Assembly: GCF_009914755.1 (NCBI RefSeq)
Contig: NC_060930.1
Length of the DNA stretch: 64,000 nt
Reading direction: 5' to 3' (one strand)
From: the human T2T-CHM13v2.0 reference genome, Homo sapiens
The position numbers and the translations under genes were made by a program. The notes below the pieces were generated by a model, which was given only the letters and a program-made list of their open reading frames with translations, did no database searches and had not been told where the DNA came from. The first letter of the stretch is position 1. Each line of letters opens with the position of its first letter. Positions 54,206 to 64,000 of this stretch are shown here, piece after piece.

Positions 54206-55789
54206 ACAAAGAAACCCCAAACCTAAGGTCCTTAAAAAGCTAGATTTATCAGAGACTACAGAAAGCACAATATGCTTCAGCAGTAGCATCTCTTAGGTTA
54301 AAAAATGTTTTCTTCCTCTGGAACAAATCATTTTAATTTACATTCTTCTGGGATGTAAAAGGCTGGAGAAAACATGTCATTTTTTGTCAGTCTAAAAAAA
54401 ATTATGAAGCCATCAATTTCTCTTTGGATTTATATAAACTGAAAAAATGAACTCCATGTAAAGACTGAGGAAAGACTGAAGAATTATGACAAAGTATAGA
54501 ATAAACCTATGTAAAAGAAAAAGTTATTTTCTTAGAAACGACTCATCTGTTTTTAATTCCAGTGGGAACAAAAATTTAAACTCTGCGGCACGAAGAGAAA
54601 TAAGAATAATTTTGACAGTGAGTTTTCCTTTGGTAATGTTTTTTTAAACTGTTACAAGATGGCTTAAAATGGCCAAAATTAGAGTCGCCTCTTCATGATC
54701 ACTTCTAGTTTGCTAATTTACAGAGGTTAACCAGGTCATCCTTAGGAATTAAAGGAGGGGTCAAGGATCTGAATACCACTTGTAACTAAAAATATGCAGC
54801 CACCACAACATTTTATAGGGCACCTGCCTTATTTCTAAATAGAAAAGTTGTTTCATGAAGTTTACTGTGTTCCTCTTGTTTATTCTTCACTTTCCTTTGT
54901 TCTTGCTTCCCACATTATGTTTCAATCACTGTCATTTGTAAGACTTTTTATGTAATCTTGCAGGGTATCTTTGAGATGTGACTTTCTTTTAAAACCATGC
55001 TTTAAATTATCTCTCCTAAATATTTGGTCAAACCTGTGCTTGAATGTAGAAGAGACGAAAACCTTAACAATTTACTCTTTTCTATGTGTGAGCATGGATA
55101 TAGTGCACCATTCAAATAAACCCGGCCTTACATAGGTTTCTAAGTTTGCTCTCCCTCCACTCTCAATAAAGCCCTAAACCACCCATGTTTCATTCCTGAA
55201 ATACACCAGGGACTTTAAAACACCGCTGCCTTCTGTTCATGATGTCCTTTCAGCCTGAGGTCTTCTTTCTCAAGGTCAGGTTTGGAAGTTCAGCTTTAAT
55301 ATCCCCTCCTTTGTGACACCATCACTAATCCCCCCAGTTATTAGAAAAGAGAACTTGAAAGGCAAGATTCAAATCTTATTTGTCTCTGTGTCCTTGGTAC
55401 CTGGCATATACTCTGACCTGATATTCAGATGAACCAAATAAACTGATCCTTCCTCTTGATACCCTCAAACTTCAGCTTGCAATCACTCACCTTCTGCTTG
55501 GATACGATTTTTGAAATGGATGGTGGTACTGGCAAACTTTATGAGCAAAACTGAAAATCTTATAGAAAAAGAGTGGGGAAAATTTACAAATAATGCTTAC
55601 ATATTTACACATACATACAGAATAAATAAAACTTCTAGAAAATATCTTTCTTTCCTGCTTTTATTGGCATCAAAACATTTCTCCAGAAGGTCACGCTTTC
55701 CCAAAGTCACCTTCTTCTGAGATGTTTGTAATTTAGTAAACTGCCAAGCATATTGTAATGACTCAATACAATTATAGGTAATAGTATAA

Positions 55790-56040
55790 GAAAGCAGTAT
55801 AGCATAATGCTTTCCCCATGCTTTGGAATTTTGACAGATATGAGTTCAAGATCTGGCTTTACTACTTATTAGCTGAGGAGCCTTGGGCAAATCGTTTAAC
55901 TTTTCTGAGCTTTAGGTTCTGCACCTTCAAAAGTGGGAGGAGTTAAAAATGTGCCTATCACAGGATTTTGGTTAGGACTATATGAAATAAATGTAAAATT
56001 GCCTGGCATATGACAGTCCATAAGTGTGTTAGCTGTCATC
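55790..56040 (+). mobile_element. MIR
   Basis: gagttcaagatctggctttactacttattagctg...ccttgggcaaatcgtttaac. Confidence 0.72.
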
Positions 56041-57668
56041 CTTCAACTTTTTAGAAATATTGCTAGGGTGATATGGTGTGCTCAAGCTGACTCACCCCTT
56101 TGATGTGCAGCTGGAAATACAGACCTGAATTTCCAACGCTGCCTTCTCTCCTGAGATCCAGAGCTCTACGTCTAAATGCTTCTTTGATACCTCTACTCAT
56201 AAGCTCTGCTGGCACTTCATATTTAAAATGGCCAAAGCTGATTATTTTCCCCTCAAAACAAATCTACTGTTTGTTCCTATATTCCCAATCTCACTTAACA
56301 GTACCTAGTATGAAACACAAGCTAAAAATCTGGGAGTCATCTTAAGAATCTTTCCTTTTCCTCACATTCTATATTTTGCCAAGATTCCTGTTAACTCTAC
56401 CTCTATAACTATATCTAATATCTGTTTCGGACCCTACTCCATCAGGCAGCCATTTTCTCTTGCCTAGATTACGAGACTGTTTATAATCAATTCTTCCCTT
56501 TCTGACCCATCTGTCACATGGCTCAACGTGAAGTCTGATCATGCTGCATCCATGAATAAGGCCTCGAAGTTAAAAACGAGTTGATGTCCTGGACTCAATC
56601 ATATTATACATATTTTTCAAATTCCTAAATGATAATGGTATAGCTTTTTCGTTTTTATACTTGTTTCTCCTAAAAGCCTATGAAATCCTTAAGGCAAGAG
56701 ATATCTTCCTATGATGTTCTGGCACATAACAAAAATGTAAGATTAAATGAAGGACTCTACCACAGTTTAGCAAGCACCATTTATTTAATCAACGTTATTC
56801 AGCTCCTTTCCAACACTTTACCACTTCTAATACACTTCTTGGCAACTTTATGTGCTGCAGATCTAGGCCATATGTGCAGAATGAAATCTCTCTAGCACTG
56901 TCTTTTCTACATGTATGCCAAAATACCGACATTGCTACTGAAACTCCCCACAAAACATTTGAAATGAACATGAAAATAAATTTGTTTCCTCTGCCTGAGG
57001 CATCAGTCTCATAAAACTTGCCCACCAAAGCCTTGCATTTAGAATGCTGTTTTATTAATAAGAACATCACTGGTGAGAAAGTGTGACTGATAAAGACCTC
57101 TGATACCTAATAACTGTGATCATTGGGGAATGTCTGCCATATCCCTTCCACTTCAAACATTAATGACTGATACTAACCATCATCTAAAAAAAAAAATGGG
57201 CCAAACTCCTTGTGATGCAAGGAGCAAAAATGAAGCATGGAATTAAAATTAGTTTTCAGACTAAATGATCAACATTGTGCTTTGCTTTTGAAGCTCACAG
57301 TAATCAGTGAAACTAAAATATATATATATATATTTTAAAAATCACAGGTGTGTATAATTGCCTGAGGCCTCTTCCTAAATTCAACACAGATATTCAACTT
57401 CAACTGCTAAAATGGAATAAAAAGGTAGCATTTCCGGCATACAATGTATATTTAAAAATTAAAATTAGTGATAATGTTGAGTTACAATGACCTATTGAAG
57501 TCACAATTATTTCAGTTTATTTTTGAGTTTTCCGACCTGAAGGACAAAAGTCCCACACCAAAAAAAGGTAGAATATGAAAAAAAAGTCATTACGGTGTCA
57601 TTAACCTGAAAAAACGTGATTTTAACTATACTTTGCCACACTCAACGTTACAAATAAAAGAATCTTAC

Positions 57669-57714
57669 CATGCCATTATGCCTTGATTAACTGCGCTCCG
57701 GAATCAATCATGGC
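57669..57714 (-). CDS. SLC35B3: SLC35B3 exon 2 (46 nt); only the final ATG (57671-57669) is coding
   Basis: Acceptor TTTGTTTTTTCTG...CCATAG|GCC; donor GGCATG|GTAAGA; ATG joins GAC TTG ACA of exon 3 to give MDLT. Confidence 0.88.
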
Positions 57715-58319
57715 CTATGGTGTACGATTATAAAACAGAAAAAACAAAGTTCCATCTCATTTCTTTGTACACACATCATTACACAAAGGTGGAGAAACCC
57801 TGTGCTAATGTTTGAAGACTATTCTTTTTTTTTTCCAAGAGAAAAAGTTAACACTAGGACTTTATATATTAAGTAATTAAGTAAAAATAACGCTGTCTAA
57901 ATTATTTTGAAATGCTGCCTCTCTTCCAAGTTCCAAACTATCTCAATTCACTTAGAAAAACGTTTAATCAAAAAACAATTCTAGGCTTCTGATATCCTAA
58001 TGTAGAAAAAATGCAGATACTCAACACTTAAGATTTTGTTAGCGCACCAAATCATTCCATCTTTTACTTTCAATATTCCTTAAATAATAAAAAGACGGGA
58101 GAGATAATTCAGTTGCAAAGACTGGAGGAAACTTGCAGAACTTCTAGTGGAAGTTTATGCCATAAACTTAATAGCCCAGCCAGAACAATCACATTCTACT
58201 GCAAGCCAAATGGAGAAAAGAGTACCTTGGAGTGCCCCTATTTAATAAACACGGAACGAGGAAACAGTTAACTGTAAATACAGTCTAGAGGTATCCAGGT
58301 GACTGACAGTTCTCCAGAG

Positions 58320-59200
58320 ACCCCGAGAACAGCGTAAAAGACCCCTTGAGGTCACCTCACCCCTGCGAGTCCACGGATTGGGACCTGAGGGAGTTCTCGC
58401 CAGCCCGAGGGCGAAAAACGGGCGAGGAGGAACAGATGCTCCTCCCTGGAAACCGCCCGGCCGGTTTCCGCTCTTTCAAAAAAGGGAATCACCCGTTTCT
58501 TCCATCCCGACCTCATCCATTCCTCGAACGCTCCTTCTGGATGAGGAAGATGGGCAGTGTCAAGGTTTTCTGGAGGAGAGGAGATCTGGGTCCCAAACAC
58601 AGGAAAGGCCCCGAAGGCACGCGTACCCCAAGGCCGGTATGTCACCCGGAAGGGTGACGGCAGCCTGCGTGGCGTCTGAGCTAGACGGAGCATCTCCCCC
58701 TCCCCTGGTCCGTCGCCATCACCTCCTCTTCCTCCTCCTCCTCGCCCACTCCTGCACTTTCCACCGCGGCGGTCGCCTCCCCGGAAAGCACTCTCAACTC
58801 CGGCGCCCGCAGGCCACTTCCGCCTATGTGTCCCTGCGCGCGTGCGCAGACGCGTGGCCCCGCCTCCCGACAGGCCTGTGTGGCCGGTGGCGGGCGGGCC
58901 GTTACCTCCCGCGCATGCTCTATGGGGTAGAGACGCTAGGCCGGCACTGCCTAGGTGGGCCGGGCGGTGCGAGGGTCGCCTTTCAGCCTTTACCTCTACC
59001 CACTGAAATGGAGTAGGTCGGTGAGCGCCGATCTGCTGGAGAATCTCATTATCCCATCGGCGCTCTGCCTGCTCCTGGCCTCCAAGCCTCTGAAGCCCCT
59101 CGGGTTTCAGCTGCCGGCTACCCTCGAGCCCGTGGTGCCCACGAGAGAGGCGACTTTACGTCAGCGGCCCTGGGCTGAGATTTGAGAACGCGACCAAGTG
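58320..59200. promoter_or_regulatory. SLC35B3: CpG-island promoter of SLC35B3, likely bidirectional
   Basis: Only CpG-dense block in the window; ETS/GABP-type CACTTCCG 58815-58822, NRF1-like TGCGCGCGTGCGCA 58835-58848, GC box CCCCGCCTCC 58858-58867; no evident TATA box. Confidence 0.9.
58627..58830 (-). other. SLC35B3: SLC35B3 non-coding exon 1 (TSS approximate)
   Basis: Inside the CpG island; candidate donor GGG|GTACGC at 58627/58626; a second candidate donor GGG|GTGAGG at 58361/58360. Confidence 0.6.
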
Positions 59201-60739
59201 GAGAATGTTGGAGCCAGATTTTAAAATCCTTGTCTTCCTTCTGCGTGCTACTTGATCTAAATGAGATACGGCAAAGTCACAGAACCTGTTTTTATGTTTT
59301 TGCCTGATTCATACGGGCTTCTCCGGTGAAGATGGGCCTGAAGTAACGCTTGGGTTGCTTCTGACGTTATAACTCATCCTGTAGCTGCAGCAACCGTGGT
59401 CCTTGCAACCTCATAAAAATGTTGCCAGCATTGTTTCGATAGTGCTGCTTAATTCTTGGAAGGTAAATCTCAAAGCTTGAGGACCAGCCATCAAAACTTT
59501 TGTAAAAGGTTTTCCCCGCGTTTAGGGCCTCATCCATCACCACTGAGATGTAATAACGTAAAAACCAAGACGGTTTGGGGATGAGCTGTTTTCAGAGAAT
59601 AATTAAGGAAAATATTACTGTAACGAAGATGGACAATTTTTGAAAGCATGCCTTGAATACCAGAAAGGGATGAATTGGATTAATATGTATGTTAGAATCC
59701 AGTCAGTTATGGACAACTTTTAAAATTTTACAGGCACTCTTCAGAAAGGGTAGCATTTGTGTCTTGTATTGGGATCGAGGGTTTGTAAGAAAGCAAGGCA
59801 CCTACTTTGGTGGTGAGAAAAAAAGGTCTGGGTAGACATTTTCGTTTAATACTTGCCAACGTTGTTAGGCTGGTGTTAGCAACACTTAGGAATGTTGGAA
59901 TTAAGGCTTAGAGAACTTAAATTTCCTAAAGAGATAGTAAATGACAAAACCTTTCAGTGATGCCATATCGTCACTGTATAATGTGAATTTAGTACTACTG
60001 TTAGCCATTTATATGGTGGTTATTTATCAAGTATTTATTAAATGGGCATATGTATAGCTCATATCGTAAACTATGCGTATGAGCTCCCTGTCCTGAAGAA
60101 ATTAGGGGTTTCCATGAGAAAGTAAATGGCAGTATAAAACAACTTAAGGTACAAGAGGTGTTACAAGGTACCATCTGCTCATGCCTGGACAATTGCAGTA
60201 GCCGTGAGCATAGCTTTCTGCATTCCCTTTATTTCTCTACATAGTTGCATTCAGCAGCTGGAGTGATCCCATTAGAACCTGAATATGCCACTCCTCTGTG
60301 CAGAACCTTTTAGCGGTTTACCATTTTACTCAGATTAAAGTTCAAAATTCTTACCCTGACTTTTAAGACTGAACTTATTCTTGATGGATCACATCCAAGC
60401 TACACTTCAGAGCTTTTCTAATTGCCCCCAAGCACAGCAAGCATCAGTGCTTTGTAGCTGTTGTTCCTTCTGCATGGAACACTGCCCTCTCAGATGTCCA
60501 CAGAGCTTGCTTCCTCATTTTTTTCCAGTCACTGCTCAAATGTCACCTGGCTCTTCTCTGACTACCATGTCAGTGAAATATTTTTACATGTCAAATGTGA
60601 AATGTAGGAGAGACTATCTGGAGTAGTACTTATTATAGAGTAGGTGTTTAATAAATATCGACTCTCTTACAATACTTCCCATTTACTCCTGTGATAACCA
60701 CGTGGTAAACAAAATTAAAGACTTGCAGCTATGAATTGT

Positions 60740-61044
60740 TTTTTATTGACTGATTGACTGATTGAGGCAGAGGCTCACTCTGTCGCTCAGGCTGGAGTGC
60801 AGTGGCACATCTCAGCTCACTGCAACCTCTGCCTCCTGGGTTCAAGCCATTCTCCTGTCTCAGCCTCCCGAGTAGCTGGGATTATAGGCGCCTGTCACCA
60901 TGCCCGGCTAATTTTTGTATTTTTAGTAGAGATGGGGTTTCACCTTATTGACCAGGCTGGTCTCGAACTCCTGACCCCAAGTGATCCACCCACCTCAGCC
61001 TCCCAAAGTGCTAGGATTATAAGCGTGAGCCACTGCGCCTGGTC
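60740..61044 (-). mobile_element. AluS with tail decayed to (ATTG/ACTG)n
   Basis: Dimer; TSD ctatgaattg at 60729-60738 and 61045-61054. Confidence 0.94.
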
Positions 61045-61977
61045 CTATGAATTGGTTTTAAATTTTTAAGAAATTAATAATTCTGTAGTATCAGAAACCT
61101 TTGGTGTCTTGATTCACATCTTCTGAGCATCACCTCTCATTTCTGACTTGGTTGTGGGGGGCAGTTTCATGCAATCTTACACATTCTTCTCCCTGACAGC
61201 TTCTCCTCTCCCACATTTACCAGGCCTCTTTGCTTTCTTCCCTGAGGTTCTTCGGACTTCACACATTCCAGCAGTAGCTCTCTCAGCTCCTGTCCTGCAC
61301 AGCTTTGAAGTGCTGGTAAGTCAACACATCTGGGGCCCTTCAACCAAGGGGTGACAGTCACTGATGGATAAATGCTCTTGCTTCTTACACTTGAGCAAGA
61401 TAGTTTTGTAGGCCATTCTGTGTGTTTTTCAAAAAGTCCCAGTGAAATTGGGTTCTGGTTTCTCACAACAGCAACTTCAATAACACATTCTTGTATTATG
61501 TCTATATTCTCCCTTCCATTCTCTCATTGTTTCTCACTAGGATCACATCCCAAATTACCTGTCCCCACATAAGTAGTTGTCTCAGGTTTTGAGGGAAACC
61601 AAGCTAAGAAATTTGATGTAAGAAGAAAGTCTAGAATGCAGCTCCTCAGAACTCTGGAAGTGGGTTACTTTGCAGTCAGATGACAACAAGGACTTTCTTA
61701 GTGATATTAAGGGGAGGACATGTGCATGGCCCAACAATTAAGGCTCTTTCTTACTAAAGCCGATATGACTACTGCCTCTTTGGATGTCCAGCCCATCAGC
61801 AGCAAAGATTGATGGTAAATTCCATAAGGAGAGCAATTACACAAAAGTCCTTCCTTCCTGGAGAGAGCCGTGGTTTGTACTTACGGAACTGACACTTCCC
61901 TTGATATGACTGGTCTTGTTCATGGTGCCTCTGCCAGTACCATTATATAACAGAGTTACAAACACATGATTGATTGA

Positions 61978-62019
61978 CTTCCTTCCTTCCTTCCTTCCTT
62001 CCTTTCTTTCTTTCTTTTT

Positions 62020-62055
<36 letters not shown>

Positions 62056-62366
62056 TCCTTCTTTTTTTCTTTCTTTTTCTTTCTTCCTTCCTTCCTTTTT
62101 CTTTTTCTTTCTTTCTCTTTCTCTTCCTTCCTTCCTTTTTCTTTTTCTTTCTTTCTCTTCCTTCCTTTTTCTTTCTTTCTTTCTCTCTTTCCTTTCTCTC
62201 TCTCTTTTCCTTCTTTCTTTTCTTTTTTCTTCCTTCCTTTCTTTTTTCTTTCTTTCCCTTCCTTCCCTCCATCTCCTCCCTCCCTCCCTCCCTTCCTTCC
62301 TTCCTCTTTCTTTCTCTCTTTCCCTCCCTCCCTCCCTCCCTTCCTTCCTTCCTTTCTTCCTTCTTT
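61978..62366. repeat. About 390-bp (TTCC/TTTC/CCCT)n polypyrimidine tract
   Basis: Almost pure C/T (one A at 62271). Confidence 0.97.
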
Positions 62367-62634
62367 GACACAGAGTCTCACTCTGTTGCCCAGGCTGGAA
62401 TGCAGTGGCACAACCTCTGCCTCCCAGGTTCAAGCCATTCTCCTGCCTCAGCCTCCCCAGTAGCTGGGATTACAGGTGCCTGCCACTACACCTGGCTAAT
62501 TTTTTTGTATTTTTGGTAGAGACACGGTTTCACCATGTTGGCCAGGCTGGTTGTGAACTCCTGACCTCAAGTGATCTGCCCACCTCAGCCTCCTAAAGTG
62601 GTGCAATTACAAGCGTGAGCCACCACACCCAGCC
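62363..62634 (-). mobile_element. Alu whose tail expanded into the pyrimidine tract
   Basis: TSD caaacacatgatt at 61959-61971 and 62635-62647. Confidence 0.93.
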
Positions 62635-62856
62635 CAAACACATGATTTTCTGATGTATTGCCTCCAACTAAAGGACACACTTTATGGTAAAAGAGGTGTG
62701 ACAATGACACACGACCATGGAATTCCACTGGTCCTACCATATATTGTATCAACTGGAGGAAATTGGCCTGATAGAACACTGACATTGTTTTGTGAACATC
62801 AGCAAGTATCCTTTTCAGGAACAGTGCTCAGATAGGGTTGAGATGCCGTCACTCCT

Positions 62857-62858
<2 letters not shown>

Positions 62859-62902
<44 letters not shown>
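62859..62902. repeat. (CA)22 microsatellite
   Basis: Read directly. Confidence 0.97.
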
Positions 62903-62903
<1 letters not shown>

Positions 62904-63249
62904 GGCCCTTGGGAAGTTTGGTGGCATTAACACCCCCAGGCAATGATCCACCAATGGGGAATGGGCACCTATGGATAAATGCCTTCCATTTCCTAGGAGC
63001 AATTTTTGGGAGGTGTTTTTATGTATTTTAGGATGTCCTAGATAATCAAGTCATGTGACTTGGGGGAGCGAGAAAGAGAAACCAGCAGTGGAGACTTAGA
63101 AGAAGCAGCTGTTGACATAGGATGGGTCCAGGAATGTACAGTCTTCTAAAAGCCAGGTGAAGACAATGTTTAAAGGAGGAAGGAGTGATCAACAATGTCA
63201 GTTCGTGTCAATTGGTGTTACTTAGTCATGTGTCTGTGAAGAATCATCT

Positions 63250-63500
63250 TGCATAGTTAAGTCTCAGGTTCTAGTGTCAGATTAAATTTAAATCCTTGCA
63301 CCACCCCTTGCTCTTTGAGTGTCTTTGTGCAAATTGCTTAAATTCTCTAAGTCTCAATCTCCCCATCTGTGAAATGGGAATGACAGTAGTACCTATGTGG
63401 TAAATTGTAGTGATGAGTAAGTGAAAGATGTTTAAAGATGGTTAAATGGTTAGCACAACACCTATTACCTGACAAACACTTAGTAAAAGTTAGCTATTAA
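63250..63500 (+). mobile_element. MIR
   Basis: aaattgcttaaattctctaagtctcaatctccccatctgtgaaatgggaatga. Confidence 0.75.
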
Positions 63501-64000
63501 TATTCTTATTAATATAGCCTACTATCATTAGAATAATCCATTTATATATAGTCATCAGTTGTCACTTTTCTAGCTCTTCCATAAGGAATAGGTTATATAG
63601 CATTTCCAAACTAGGAAGTTCATTGATAGATATATGGTTCCAGATGCACTGAGCAGAAAAACTAGTTAATTTGATTTTCATTAAATATCCATTTAATAAA
63701 TACTTATTGAGCACTTACTCTGCATGCTACTGGGTATTGTGGATATGTGGATGACAAGACAGACATGGATCCCTGCCCTCACAAAGCTCACAGCCTTGTG
63801 TGGTGGAGATAATTAATTACACAAGTAATTATAGTGTGATTTGTGTTGATAAGGGTATTAACTACAGGATGCAATGGGAGCTATAGGCTATGCTAATGAG
63901 GCTGTGGTTATAGATTCAGTTCCCCTGTAGGTTGCTTGACTTCCAGGGCTATCAGTTTTTCTCTGCTGTCTCCTAAATGGATAGAGGTTCACAGAACTGG

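Larger units (their letters stand above)
61080..62800 (+). mobile_element. Very old ERVL-class LTR (to about 61610) plus integrase remnant, interrupted by an Alu
   Basis: LTR-like end gggaaaccaagctaaga; degenerate integrase text (gcatggcccaacaa...ctaaagccgat; ggacacactttatggtaaaagaggtg...catggaattccactggtcctaccat) resembling the HERV-L integrase in this window. Confidence 0.55.

Noticed and set aside
56091-56112. Strong minus-strand donor GGG|GTGAGT in intron 2
   Set aside because: No convincing acceptor giving a normal-sized exon; isolated donors are common
58690-58750. G-quadruplex in the 5' leader
   Set aside because: Lacks four closely spaced G3 tracts; at best a two-tier structure
58378-59016. 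212-aa + strand ORF across the promoter
   Set aside because: Starts at TTG; GC-rich DNA is depleted of stops; no recognisable domain
61837-62519. Long K/E/R-rich and F/S/L-rich ORFs on both strands
   Set aside because: Artefacts of a stop-free pyrimidine microsatellite plus Alu

Overview
Human (primate) genomic DNA, AT-rich and repeat-dense. It holds the complete minus-strand SLC35B3 (PAPST2, Golgi PAPS transporter) gene. I reconstructed 10 coding exons from GT-AG junctions (3+294+122+155+108+98+93+112+70+151 = 1206 nt, 401 aa plus TAG), with a CpG-island promoter at about 58.3-59.2 kb. About 3 kb past its poly(A) signal lies a full-length, decayed HERV-L provirus (26554-33172) with two MLT2A LTRs, a 5-bp target-site duplication (TSD), a tRNA-Leu primer-binding site (PBS), gag-pro-pol-dUTPase remnants and no env. 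The rest is ordinary Alu, L1, L2, MIR, LTR and DNA-transposon debris, often nested. I see no convincing undescribed biological system. The best leads are a uORF-rich SLC35B3 leader with a TAATG stop/start overlap beside the start codon, a candidate cassette exon that would shift initiation to Met33, several template-switch hairpin scars, and an inverted LTR pair bracketing the HERV-L. Repeat subfamily names come from recalled consensus sequences, not a search, and many repeat boundaries are approximate.
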